64,000 nucleotides of DNA from Antedon mediterranea. Its lineage: Eukaryota; Animalia; Echinodermata. How positions within the stretch are numbered: position 1 is the first letter of the stretch; each line of letters begins with the position of its first letter. Below are positions 1-20,944 of the stretch, piece by piece. Made by a program: the position numbers and the translations under genes. Under the pieces are notes generated by a model. It did no database searches. It was not told the origin of the DNA and saw only the letters and a program-made list of their open reading frames with translations. The DNA lies in NCBI RefSeq assembly GCF_964355755.1, contig NC_092671.1, positions 24,564,070 through 24,628,069 on the forward strand. Reading direction: 5' to 3'.

Positions 1-510
1 TACTTGTCTATACGACGCCTGAGAGAATAGACACTTGTGGAACAGAGATTGGAATGTTCCATTTATCGCAGATCAAAACAGTTGTATAAATGTATATTAA
101 ATCTATCAAAATAGTATTTTATAAAGAAAATCGGCATGTCTTCAACATTATGATGATGTACTCGAGCTGTTCAACCGGTTTTCAGCTTTTAAAAATAGTT
201 ATTGTAGGAGGAGATAGGAAAATGTGAAGCATCCTCCTATTATTGTGTGCGGGTATTTTTCCATGGACATTCATTAGACAGTGTATACCACAATTGGAAA
301 GCACCCCTATTTGGGGCAAATCGTTGAACCTAAATTCGTTTTAATCGTCAATAACTAATTACCTAACTAAATTTAATTAGTAAACAGGGTTACATCAGGT
401 GGTTAAAATTAGTACCGAAAGTATTAACCAACTTTATATACCATCGAGCAAAAATTCTAGAAATAAACCGAGATTTATCGAATTTTGCCCTTACGTAAAT
501 TTATATATAG
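1..510 (-). mobile_element. Non-autonomous Helitron-like repeat (family A), copy 1
   Basis: Reverse complement aligns by eye with 20462-20944 and partly with 41590-41930. The element 5' end reads TCTATATATAAATTTACGTAAGGGC (Helitron-like TC start); the 3' end has a small TGTCTAT...ATAGACA stem before CAAG/T. Confidence 0.55.
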
Positions 511-1064
511 AAGAGAAAAACAATGCACAGTTCCCTACTGTACTGTAAGTAGCTCCCGTCTAAAGTTCTCTCGTAGACGTTTCCAAGCAGGTGTATCCTT
601 TGTGATCCAAAAATTTAAAAAAAGTAAACAATGTGTCTTTTCAAAGCTGAACAGTTATATTTTATTGATCTATTTTTTTTTTTTTCAAAACGACTAAATA
701 ACAGGAATGCCCCACTAATTAAATGTGTTTGTGAATATTCAGTGTGACGTACAGGACATATTAGCCCTATAACCAAGACAAATCCCTTTTTTTATGCAAG
801 GACATATTGTTTCATGTTGGATATGACTTTGATTATAAAAACAAATTAATTATGCTAATTAATCATGAATTTTTACTGTACGTCACAAATTAAGGTGATT
901 TAAAAAAAATTCAATTATTTTTTATTATTATTATTATTATTATTCGTCATAGTAACAAATTAAATCTAGTTATGAATTGTTTTTACGCAGTGAACCAAAG
1001 TTTTATTCCTTTGAGAATAATGATGAATTTTCACATTAACAAGATCATTGTATTTTCTTTCTAG

Positions 1065-4000
1065 AAATGGATTTTTGTCATTCATCTGCTCTGTACTTTT
1101 TTTGCTATGTACTGTAAAGGTAACTATGTTAATTTTTATGCAAAATATAAAATGATTTTGAAATTATAATAAGGGGCTAAAAATAAAATTGGTATTGGGA
1201 TGAATTGAAAATGTGTAAAATAGTTTAAAAGTCCAGTTGCCGTTTACACACAGAAACAGGATTATTCTATGGTAAATTAAATGATTCTGAATTATTTTCT
1301 GAACACAACCATTAGAAAATAATAATGGTAAAACGATGAATCAGGAAGAAGATAGTAAATCCTTACTGAGAAATGATATACAGTACTGTTAAAATATCAA
1401 AACTTTCATAGTAAACATATTCTTTTAAAGGGCATGGTAAACAGTACTCTATTGACATATAGATACAGTTTACTGTACAGTATGACATGTCCTTTATACA
1501 GTGTAGTTAGTAGTAGTTGATCTGGTGCATTTGGAAATCTGTAAACAGACCATGAATTCTTTCCTATATCAAGAGGTGTACTGTATCTGTTTTAAAGTTA
1601 CCAGTGTTTTGAACTAACAGCTGGTGTAAGCATACTGTAGTGTATGGAAATCATTCTATGCTTTGATACAAATCGCTGTTTGATTGTATTGTTTTAGGTC
1701 ATTCGATTGTGCCACTCAGGAAAAGTTTTGTGTCACCAAGTTGTAATATTTACTTGTGCTGCCCTAGAATGTATTATTATGTAAGTACTGAATATGCTAT
1801 TTATTAAAATATAAAATTAAATAAAACAAAAAAGAGATTAAGAATTATATAATATTTGTTATGATTTTAAAAGTAATCCTGTGCTTATAGTTGTAGAATG
1901 AGTGAGTCAATGTTGCTTCATAGAAGTTTAATGTGGTCTCTCTATGCCTGGTTCTGATGGTAGTAAAAAGAACTTATTTAAACTTAGATCTAGTGTATCT
2001 TATGCCTTGTGGGCACTTTGAGAAAAACAAGTACTGTGCATCCTTCAAGATGAGTAGTGGGTTGTTGTGGATTGATTGTCAATGTCAGCAACCGTATACG
2101 TCTGACACGGACACGCCAGTGACTTATTTTAAAAGCGTCTATCATGCTAGTCAATATCTATCAATCTATTTATGTGTGGTTAATCTCTTTTTTATTATTA
2201 CCATTCCTTATAGACTATTAACAGGCAATTTATTGAATTTACTAAAATGAAAAATAATTAAGGGAAAAGTTGTAGTATAAAGTGATTTTATTTTTGTTGA
2301 CAGCACTGTTCACTGGGTGTATATTCATTATGCTCAACTGGAATTTGCTGCTCAGATTTTGAAATTGACTCAGCTAGTTGTTGTTTGTCACTTCTACCTT
2401 TCACGGTCATTACGCTTACTTAAAAGAGAAGAGCTTAACTTAAGGTTAGTTTGTTAATGTTTTTTTAATGTGGTTTTACTAAATATCAAAATATTAAATG
2501 TTAGCACAGTGTTCTCTGTATACTGGTTAAACTGGTATTATTATCATACAATTAGACAGTGATGTACATAATTATAGTACTTACTTACTGTTAATGAATA
2601 ATGAAATTAATACTTTTCAAAACTCTTGCCTACAGTAAGTGAAAAGGTTTAAAAATGTAAAATGATATAGAATGACAAGGTAAAACAATTGTTTTATTTT
2701 GAATGTTATCTTAATATTATTATTATTTTTGCTTATGGGACTACTTTATTTGTCCTTCAAATTGTTTTGGAATTGTTTTTGGCCAGTCACCAAGTCAGGA
2801 AGAGGAAGTACAGGACGATACTTAATTATCATTGCTAAATGAGCAAAACACTAGCCCAATTTTCCCAACTAACCTTCTATTGACAAGTCCAATTGTATTT
2901 TGTTTTTATGATATAATATTTTGTATAATATAATATAGTATCTTTTGTACACCTTTATTGAAAAAAATATAAATCATACATTTTTTTTATACAAATTTAT
3001 ATTGAAATTTGCATTTGCAGTACTGTTATAAATTTTCCTACTAATCTAAATTCACACAACAATTAACAATTTAAAGTTTTTAATGTAATCACAATTAGAT
3101 TAAAAAAATGTTCTTAATGGCTAAAAATCATGTGTTCAGTTCCAACAAAAAATACATCTTGTATTCCTCTTATGTACCTACTGTCTAAAAAAAATATTTC
3201 AACTATTTTATACTTATAAAATAACAGAAAACAAAGAAATAACATCTTATAATACAATAAATTAAAATGCCAGAAAAAGGACAGACTTGATAGAATTACT
3301 TTCTTGTAGCTTTTAATTGTTTGTGTTTTTTTCTCATAGGTTGCTGATACCATTATGTTTGATATTTCAATCATATTTTATCATCGTTACTGTATTTGGA
3401 ATAGTAGAAGCTAAACCAACAAAAACAGAGTGTAATGGTATGTACATGTAGGCCTACTTTGTGTTTTATAACATTACTTTTAACTGAGCATTCATTTCTC
3501 CCATTTGAATGATGTATCAGCTTCTGTCTATTACTCTAGGGGTTATAGGCCTAAATGCATGGCGAGAAATCTACATACATTGTCTCGAATGAAAACGTAC
3601 CGTAAAACCTTGAAAGAAGCCTGTCATGGGCGGCTTCTTTATTTAATACTCTTGGGTGGGCTTCTTTTGCAGACCAAAGAGGTGGAAAAGTTCTTTTCGA
3701 AAGAAGCCCTTTTGAGGTTTTACGTTAGAATTTGCATTGTCAACATTTTACACACGCTGTGGTTACGTGATAACAGATAAGGTGATTCCCAAAGAAGATA
3801 GGAGAGAAAAGATTATTTTACTGTATTTAGCAGTTTTGATGAATCATTGTGTTTGAGTTGTTTGATAAAGGAAAATTTAGACAGATGAAAATTGTAATGG
3901 TTCATTGTAATCTGTGCTACGGTATGTAATTATAAATTGACCGCAGGTATAATCCCACCCCCAACTTTATGATCACCTTTAAGCATCCCCGAGCAAAGTC

Positions 4001-7000
4001 CCAGTTTATAATTTAACATTTAGACAGAGGAGGGCCTAGCTTTCTAAAAGCCTAGACTGAGGTTGCGCAGTAGTTTGTGTCTCATGCAACACATGGAATT
4101 GTTTTACAGAGCTCGAGCGTCGGACCAGGAGAACCTCTTGATCAAGTTCAAGTAGGACGCTAGGTCTAGGTCACATTATGAAGAAATATTGACTTAATAT
4201 AAACATAACAAAATCTAACCCAACTCAAAGATGACACAATTACAATGCTCTTGAGAAGTTTATGTATTTAGGTATTAAAAGAAATTCTAAACCAACCAAG
4301 GGTCACATCAGAATATATCTTTAGATAGCCTATTTGCATTGTAGCCAAAAGAAGGATCGTCATTTTCGTTTCATACTCTGGGAAATAGTTATATAACCCC
4401 ACTTCCCAAATTTGGGCAAATTTCACCTACAAAAGTACAAGGGGGTGGAATTGTACCCGAGGAACTACGGTAGTAGGAAATTTGTACAGATTATTCCACC
4501 CAGGCCCGTAGCCAAGGGTTTTTTTCTGGTCCGGGCAAACGTCCTTTACAGCAAACCCCCATCCCCAACATGCCCAATACCCTCACCTCATCTCTGAAAA
4601 TCCTCCAAATACGTGCCCCACAGTGGCGGTTCCGCACAGAGCACTCTCATCTAATATACGGCAACAAAATGTTATCGTTTTTTAAATAGTCCATGTGTGT
4701 GAGGAGGATGAAAAAAGTACGATCGTTTTGCTCATTGGTAGCATGCTAGTCCGAGTGTCTTTTCCGGCCAATTAGAGGTGCCATTTATCATGAATCTTAT
4801 GTGCGAGACTACCATTTTATTTAACAAAATTCGCTTCGTCACTGTACGTTTTGATATCTTCTCGGTATAGCCTGGTTTCACTTAATATAATATATGAACT
4901 CTCCTGTTGCCTCTATTTTTGTTTTTTAGTCTCCACACTCACAAACTTGAAAAGTACCTGTGAGGGGATACAGATTATATTTTTTAATAATGTAGATCAT
5001 ATGGAAGTGAAGAATACATATGGGAAATGACTTAAGAAAATCCAATTGAATGTCACTAAAACTATATTGCATAATTGTATAATTGTATTTTATTGTATTA
5101 AAATCAGAATTTAAAATTTGTGTAATCACCTGATATAAACATTTACTTTGCAGATTAATGTGTCATCGTCAGTCTTAGGAATAATACCATGTCCGCATTC
5201 ACAATGTTAATACTTTACTATGAAACATACTTATTAATTCACTATTTATGATGGTTAATATTAGTTATATCAATTACTTTAACAGCTGAAAAAGATTTTA
5301 AGTGATCAATCTTCAAGTTTGATTTGTGCTAACTTCCGTAGTTAATCTTTGATAATGAAACACTATTGTTGTTAATTGAGACCTTGAGAATTACTGTCCA
5401 TACTACTTTTGTAAACATACTGTAAAGTACCTGTAACTGGTACAAACTTACGCCTACAGTAAATATTAGAATCGGATATAAATTTCATTATTGGACACCA
5501 GAACTTTTGATACATTTTCTGTATTATTTATTTATAAATTATTTAAAATATAGTTGGTCTAATTTAGTAAGTCTATGTTATATTATAATATATTGTTGAA
5601 GCCTTTGTACTTATATACCATGTGGTTATTAATATAACACCATTCCCACTTTTAATTGCAATGTTTTTTTGAACATTTTGGTCATTTTCTGCCATCTTTA
5701 CATTTCACATTTTGAGGTCGCAGAGATGTCAGTAGGGAGCCAATGATGAACCAATCATGGGGCATTTTCTGTTAATAACAGGCAACCATGGCCCCGTTTC
5801 TGCTGCCAAAAATATACCGTATATATACGGTATATTTTATATATGGTATATTTTTTGGCAGCAGAAACGGGTCTCATAAAAAATGCTACTCTCAAATTTC
5901 AGGTCAAAGGTCATTTTCAAGGTTATACCTGGAAGATGTTCATTGAGTATAAAAATAACTGGAAATAGGAATATTTTAAATGTTTACACAGAGGGGTTAT
6001 GGGTTGGGGAGTAATGGGATGTCAAGATCATCATACATATAATACTTGACCTATTTTCACGACAAAAATCGAAATGCTGACAGGTGGACAACATAAACAT
6101 TTAAATTAACAACATACTGGGTGAAAGTCTATTATAAAACTCTGTACAGTACTTTTGGATTGGCCAGATCTGATGGTGTAGATGATTTTCAGTGAATAAA
6201 ATAACTATCCTATATTTTGACCTTGTTTGACGTTTTGACCACTATAAACTGACCTTAAAACCCAAAATTGAAGATCATCTTCATCTGATGGCATTCACCC
6301 CTATTGTTTTTGTCACCCCACAAAGTATGCATTCAATATGATTGCCTGCTATTAACAAAAAATGCCCCCAAACTTTTTATAGAGGACTTTAGTGTATTTG
6401 GCCTTTCTACTCAAATTTTTTATTTGCATGTTATTAATATTTGTAACTTCAGATCCGTATTGGTTAATGCTGTCAGGAGTAGAGCTAGTTCTTGTGCAAA
6501 TCTTCCTTGTAGCTGGAGTTTATATAACAATGAAGTTGAATGAAGTGACAACTCTTGAGAGTGCAAGACGAGCTCAGAAAAGAGATTTATGGTGGTAAGT
6601 AGCTACTACTAATAAGTGGATACAAACACAATGTAGAAATAAAAAGAGAGAAGTAGTGAAAAATGAACACTGTATGAAAATACCATTATAATTTGTTATT
6701 AAATTACATGTTAACTAATAGTGTTTACTTTTCTTTTTAAAGCATAATCATTGTATTTGAATTGTCAACAATTGCTACTGTCATCTTTGATAGCTGTATG
6801 AAGGCAGGTGAGGAAGATAACTATAATGTATTATTGCATTGCAAATTATGGTTGTATTTATTGGATGGTGAGAATATTTACTGCTCTATTGAATGAGGCA
6901 GAGCTGAATTTAAATCAAGCATTGAATGGAATATTCTCAACAAATACAAAACATTCATTATTTTTTTTAATTCACATACCTTGTTTTATAACACACCTAC

Positions 7001-9248
7001 TGTATTTTTCTAAAAATAAACCTTGGCTGTCTGGAAAACGAGTTCGCTCTTATGGATACACCCAGCACAACATTTGTTAGTGTTATACATTATTTTGATA
7101 TGGTGGATGGAATAAATTGATACTGAATTGGTATTATGCAAAAATGTTATGTTTATTTCAGGTTTTGGAAATCAAGATCAAGATAATTCTTGCAGTGGTA
7201 TTTTTGTAAGTAATCAATTTAATTATGGCACAGCATTTAAATAACACTATTAATTTATTAATAGATTGCGATATCTATGTTATTCTTTAAAGATGTATTG
7301 TCTCCCAAAAACATGAAAAATGAAGATTAATTAAATCAGACTTTGAATAGGTTATTTTGTAGTTTTAATAAAGTTAATCACTTCCATAGGAAAAAAAACG
7401 GGAAAAAATAATGTTTTCACTTATAAAATAACATGATAAATGGTTAAATTCAACCAAAAATCCATTGGCTGGCAGCCAATTTGACCATTTTTTGCTTTAA
7501 ATTCTAGTTTTTTCAGGTAAATACATTTTTTTTTAATCCAATTTTTGGTTGAAGTCAATAACTATTATGTGACATTAACATGGCATATTCAAAAAAAAAA
7601 ATTGAAAAAAATTATTTTCCAGGGGGACAATATATCTTTAACTAGTAATGCCGTACAATGATCATAAACAAAAATATAGTTATTAGGGCCATAAAGAAAG
7701 GACATTTGCTTGTATTGTGTTAAATCGACTTATTTCCAAAATAAAAATAATATTCTTGAATATATTTTAATCAATTAACAGGCACAGAATTAATGCTAAT
7801 CGCCCGGTGATATACTGAAAATTAATTAATTTAGAAACGATAAAGATGAGAAAATTTATGAGAAGGAGAAAAATCCCCTTGCTTGATATGCAGATGTATT
7901 AGACCACTGGGCTTTCATAGTATCGTTCAAGTTCAATTGGAAGTGACAACCTGATGTACTATATATTATAATATAGATTTTGTATTTTTTAACATGTTTA
8001 TGTCAATATTTTAGAATCATAACCAAGTCTCATACAGTGTTGTCTACCTACTTCTAATGGTAAGTTATAGTTACAATATACAGTACTACCATTATAACAT
8101 TTTCTATGTATTCTATGCATGCTTCAGCTGGTCTTAATTATATTCTATATTCTACTACAGTACAGTGCCTGGTAGACCCCACTTAACTCCAATAGAGAAA
8201 ATGATGTGTAGATACCTATAGATCTATATTCTACTACAGTACAGTCCCTGGTAGACCCCAATTAACTCCAATAGAGAAAATGATGTGTAGATACCTATAG
8301 ATAAAATCATACAGTGCATAATACTGGCTGTGTGTTTGGGAGTACAGTAATCAATTATGTCAATAGAATGATGACATGATTTATGTTGAAATTTTATCAG
8401 TATTTCTTTGCTTGGAGTTAAATGAATTATCTGTGGACATAATTCCATGATATCCTGTAGACAGATTTATCTGCTAATGAATTCTATTTTTTTTCCTCCT
8501 TTTTTGTTGAGACATTAATGTAATGTTTTAAACAACAACACTACATATAACTCTATAAGTATAGGCATTGAACCAATCTTAAACAATCAAAATATACTGT
8601 ATACATGGAATTTCTGTGTTACCAACCAATTTTCTTTATCTAATTTGTTTATTGAAAATGATTGTACTAGACTTTCAAGCTGGTGATTCCAATAATAGCA
8701 TTACTGGTAGTATTTCACCCAGTACAGAGGGTCATTGATGCTGAAGGTGCTCTCCTATTTCCAGAAGATGGGGTGAGTATTATAATTTACAGTGAGTATA
8801 GAGTACCTTATAGTAACATGTGTCTTGTAAGTTGCCTAGGCTCTGAATCTGCTTGTGATGAAAAGTCTCCTCTTTTGATCCAAAATTCCATAATGAGTTG
8901 CATCAGTCACTAAACTTATATAATTTGATATTAAAACTGTTTTTGTAAAAACTAAATCCTATAGTACTGTAGAAAATTTAAAGTTTAAAGTAAATTATTG
9001 TTGTAAGTATAGATATTTGAAATAATCTCTTTTTTTAGACTTTTGCATCAAGATTTAATTCAGCCAGAGGTATCTACCGCCCTCTGTATCAGCCTGATTT
9101 TCGAGGATTCAACTATGGTACTGTCAAGGAACCAGCAGCGATCGGTCCAAGAAGAACACAGACAATGCCTGCAATGCCAACAATACAAGAATCAGTAGAG
9201 GAACACAAGATACATACTTCACACTCTGCCATAGCTATTTCAGCTTAG
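1065..9248 (+). CDS. Uncharacterised multi-pass membrane protein (about 7 hydrophobic segments), spliced, 5' end unresolved
   Basis: GT-AG exons with consistent phases: 1065-1119, 1698-1780, 2304-2444, 3340-3437, 6453-6594, 6743-6807, 7162-7205, 8015-8059, 8671-8772, 9039-9248 (TAG). Open translation ...NGFLSFICSVLFLLCTVK-VIRLCH...HWVYIHYAQLEFAAQ...DPYWLMLSGVELVLVQIF...QKRDLWCIIIVFELS...FKLVIPIIALLVVFHP...AISA*. Confidence 0.8.
5793..5871. repeat. Near-perfect palindrome/hairpin in an intronic repeat
   Basis: CCCGTTTCTGCTGCCAAAAA...TTTTTGGCAGCAGAAACGGG arms around an internal AT-rich palindrome. Confidence 0.8.
7291..7637. mobile_element. Kolobok-like MITE
   Basis: TTAA|AGATGTATTGTC...GACAATATATCT|TTAA: terminal inverted repeats starting with purines, and a TTAA duplication. 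Similar ends occur near 44400 and 56240. Confidence 0.6.
8145..8302. repeat. Tandem duplication of a 79-bp unit
   Basis: CTATATTCTACTACAGTACAGT...GATACCTATAGAT starts at both 8145 and 8224, nearly identical. Confidence 0.9.
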
Positions 9249-12046
9249 GTAATAAATCATGTAAATATTTATGTTTTAGAGTGTACATATCATTATCATC
9301 AATTTATCATACAGTAAATCTTACGGGTGAATAGAAATAATAATGCTAATATTACTAGACTAACACATTCAGATACAATTAAAAAAAATGATAAACTACT
9401 TTAACCTTTTATAATCACTGTATGTGCGTGTAACTAAATTTCTGTAAACTGCTTTAAATTAAAGGTACTGTAGGCCTAACATGTATATAGTTGACACCTG
9501 ATTAACCACCCCAGAAATTATTCCTTGGTAGTTAATCCAGGGCCATGTGTTTTGTTGTCTGGATAGTATTTCAACTATATAATCCACAAGAAATATGTAC
9601 AGTATATGATTTTACTGATTAAATTGAAAATTGTATAATTTGTTGTAGGAAATGGACACACCTGTTTTGCAGTACTATATTGCAAAATTTACACTACTTT
9701 ATGTAGTTTTTTTTTGTGCTAAATCTATTACAATCTGATACAACAATCTCATTTGTTGAGATAAAATTGTCTTGTACTTATTCAACATCTCGGAAGTAAT
9801 TTTATATGTGCAATAATCTTCACATATTGCTGGTAACAGTGGGTTTTTTCTCTTTCAAATAGAAGAGATAGTGCTATTAAATAAATACAAAATAAAAGGG
9901 CTTGCAAAATCTAAAATGAAAATACATGCTTGATACATGCTTGATCGGATCATATTGTACAAAATATACCTGATTATAAATAGACAATCAGGATATTTAA
10001 TTTTACCATTCCATGAGAAAAGGAAACTAATTATTTTGGATATTTTGTTTGTTTGAAAGTGATATATTTAATTGTATGTAGTTAATTTATAATCTTGTGT
10101 AAATAGTGTAAATAACAGGAAAAGTGATAAAAGTGTAAATATTTTTTATAGAGAGTATCAAATATAAATATAATAAGAGTGCTATTTGATGTCAGGAAAA
10201 GAGGTCTATGTAGAGAGACATTTCATTTGTATTATAGATATAATAAATATTTTTAATATCAATATAATTTTAACTTGTATCAATAAAATAAGAATTTTGG
10301 TTTGGATTTATGTAGTATTTATACTTTAATTATTAGGAAAATTGTGATTTAATGATAAGCAATGATTGATTTTAAATCATTAATTTTTATTTAAAGCTTG
10401 AGTACAGGCATCACTTTTAGATTGTAAAATAAATTGTAAAAATCTTTCTAAACTGGAATTCTCTTTACATGATCAAATACAGAATTTTATTTATTATCAC
10501 CATACATGGGGACACTCCAGAAAAACAGTTTGGTGGATATATATTGGATAATTTATAATAAACTGTAGCATGAAAATAAAAATTAAATGCATCTTTTTAC
10601 AATATCTGTGTACAAAATAATAGATTTTATTGCATGAAATATCTAACTGATATTTTCAATTAAATCCTGTATTAAAAAACAAAATACCAAAATTGATGAG
10701 ACATCAGCATCTGGTCTGGTGATTGCTGAAACGAATCATTAGAAAGGTTATGAAATGAGTTATGAAATGAGCTAGTAATTGTATGTAGTTTGATATTTTA
10801 TGTAAAAAATGTGTTCCAAAAAAATTCTAGTAAATGTGTAAACATATGATAAAACAATTTTCAGAAAAATTAATTTCAAATATTGATATTACTGGCAAGT
10901 ACTATATTAATGTGCCTTGTTTTATACCATTATGTACTATTTTTAAAGGCAGCTTTTATTTTACAATAAGGTGCATAACATTCGCTAAGACAATATACAT
11001 CAAAGATATGAAAATGATCTACAATAAGGTGGTGTGTTGGTATAGGAATATTGAATTAAACATTCGCTATGATAATATACATTAACGATATAAACAACAT
11101 CCAAGGATGTTCATTCATCAGTTACTCGTTATGTAATGATTGTTGAAATCCAAATGTAAGTTTATTTAAACATTGTTATAGATGCAGCTTGAAGAGAAAG
11201 ATGTTAGCGTGCAATAGATTTTATTCAGCTAATTTCACCTTCAGCTTTTTCAAATTAGGATAATTAAGGGTACATTAAATTACAAATCATACAATATTGT
11301 TACATAATATTAAATGTGTAATTTACTATAAAGTAATTGTCAGATGAGTAATAGTAAACTAAACATCTATTTTATCTGCTATTATGGTGTACATTAATAC
11401 ATTTTAAAATGTTGATGTATCAATATGTTAAACTCACTTGTGGATCATTGCCTTTACAAAGAATTAAAACATTTTATAATTTTAAAACATTTGAATGTTT
11501 TGTTGTTAATAAACCTTAATGGGACTATTATGCAATGCTTTTGCTAATATAAGTGATTTTGTTTTACAATTCGTAGAATATGATTTCACTTGTTTTTCAA
11601 ATGCCATTAAAAAGACAGAAACAATGCTTTTATATAATTTTTATACAAATATTTTGTATAATGTAATTGTTTGTATATCTGATGGCAGCCGACATATTTT
11701 GAATTAGTAATTTGGTATGGGAAAACCTATCCGAATGAATCATTTTTTATCCATGGTATAGGGTATTGATGATTTGTTTTTCATTTTGTGAAATGTTGTT
11801 TTTAAAACAGAAGCTGCATTAATTATGAAACACGCTAAATGTACATATATTATGCTGCTTTTTATTGTGTAATCCATTTATTTCTAATAAAACTCATCGA
11901 AAAGGAAAGTGCATAAATAAAATATTAAAGTATTTATACTGCATTTCTTGTAAAATTGATTATTTGCATAATGACTACTGTAATAAGTCATTTTTAATTT
12001 GCTACAGGGCTGAATTGCTTCAAAAAAAAAAATTAATATTATCCTG

Positions 12047-12295
12047 GATTTATATAGCGCCTAATGTTGTGAAACCTAAAGCACTAAACATTATTACCCA
12101 TGTCATTTTTTGAAACATACACCCATAATGCAGCTAGTATTCAGCGCGAAGTTGTGTCTTGATCTAACCGTGTACCCATTTATACACCTGGGTGGAGAGA
12201 AGCAAACGTAAGTAAAGTATCTTGCCTAAGGATACAAGCAATGCAGCAGAGTTGGAAATCGAACCACGATCAGTAGTCCAACACGCTGTGCCACA
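12047..12295 (-). mobile_element. tRNA-derived SINE (degenerate)
   Basis: The minus strand has a B-box-like GGTTCGATTTCC, then CCTTAGGCAAGATACTTTAC...CACCCAGGTGTATAAATGGGTAC (typical of marine invertebrate SINE bodies) and a GCGCTATATAAAT tail. Confidence 0.6.
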
Positions 12296-13349
12296 CTTAC
12301 AGCCTTAATTCAATGTGCACGAACTTAATCTTTTTTATTAGTCGGTGTGCACTCATAACTGTTGCACCTCTGCATGTGAAGCATATTTATTTATTACCAT
12401 ATTTACTGAGGGTAGCCTATCCAGTTCCTAATAGAACTGATCATTCAGGGCCCTGGTCATTAAGCACAAGATTGACATATTGTGTTCCTGTCAGATAGAA
12501 GATAATTTTATTGATGTTTATAGCTGGTTGACATAAGTAAACTAAGTACAGTATAAACTAAAAAAAGCATAATGTTATATTTCACTTTTCTTTCCTGTCA
12601 AATCTGAAACACCTACAGTACTACAGAAATTAAAATGTACTTTGTACTTAAAAACACAGCAAAAATAGTTGTACATCCTCATCTGGCTTAATGAGCACCT
12701 AGTTGGTTTTACAAAATACAAGTATGGCTTGGTGTACAACCACTACCGCATTTCCTACACTGAACTAATGAAGAAATATACACATTGACAAAGACAGTGA
12801 ACTAAAGTCTTTGTTTCCAATAATTTTGGTCTTAGCCGCAAGAATTAAACTTGTGCTGTTGTGAGAATATCCTTGTTGGAGATTAATAATGTATTGATGT
12901 GCCATAAAGAGATTAATCCAGTAATTAATCATTAATAATCTAAGGTTTATCAAAAAATGGTAAAGTTGAAACCTGCCAAACTGTAATGGTGGAATAACGG
13001 CCCTGCAAAGTAAACACATTGATTTTATATACATATTCATCCTATTGACTGGCAAAATGTTGGAGCAAAAAACAGCCTATTGGTGTAAAACGTCATTGGC
13101 TGGCATTGTGGCTGCTTGCACCAATCCCCATATTTGTTTGTCTAGCACAAATTGTCACCATGGACCAGAGCAACAAATGATTTTATGATTAAACCATTTC
13201 AATTTTAATTAATTTGCAATTTTTTCCAATATATTTAACCAGCATTTGCTAAATTTAGCAACATCCATCACATGTATCTTTGTTGCTGCTCTAAATAAAC
13301 AACAGCGTATTATATTAAGTTAAAACATAGAAAAGTCTTAAGATAAAGT

Positions 13350-20419
<7,070 letters not shown>

Positions 20420-20461
20420 ATTTCTAATCTGTAAAAAAGGTTTAAATATGCAACTTATTAA

Positions 20462-20944
20462 TCTATATATAAATTTACGTAAGGGCAAAATTTGGTAAAT
20501 CGTGCATTATTTCTAGAATTTTTACTCGATGTTATATAAAGTTGGTTCATACTTTCGGTACTGATTTTAACCACCTGATGTAATCCTGTTTACTAATTAA
20601 ATTGAGTTAGATAATTAGTTATTGACAATTAAAACGAATTTAGGTTCAACGATTTGCCCCAAATAGGGGTGTTTTCCGATCGTGGTATACACTGTCTAAT
20701 GCATATCCATCTTGAAAAATACCCGCACACAATAATACGAGGATGTTTCGCATTTTCCTATCTCCTCCTAGGATAATTGTTTTTAATAGCTGAAAACCGG
20801 TTGAACAGCTCGAGTACAGCATCTTAATGTTGAAGATTTTCTTAAAAAAATCTTATTTTGATAGATTTAATATACGTTTATACAAAAGGATTGCTTGGCT
20901 ATTAATGGGACATTCCAATCTCTCCCCACATTTGGTATCACAAG
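20462..20944 (+). mobile_element. Non-autonomous Helitron-like repeat (family A), copy 2
   Basis: A|TCTATATATAAATTTACG start; collinear with the reverse complement of 1-510; lies just 5' of the first coding exon of COPS5. Confidence 0.6.

Noticed and set aside
9300-13300. Short ORFs between the membrane-protein gene and COPS5
   Set aside because: AT-rich convergent 3' UTR and intergenic DNA with no splice-consistent coding structure.
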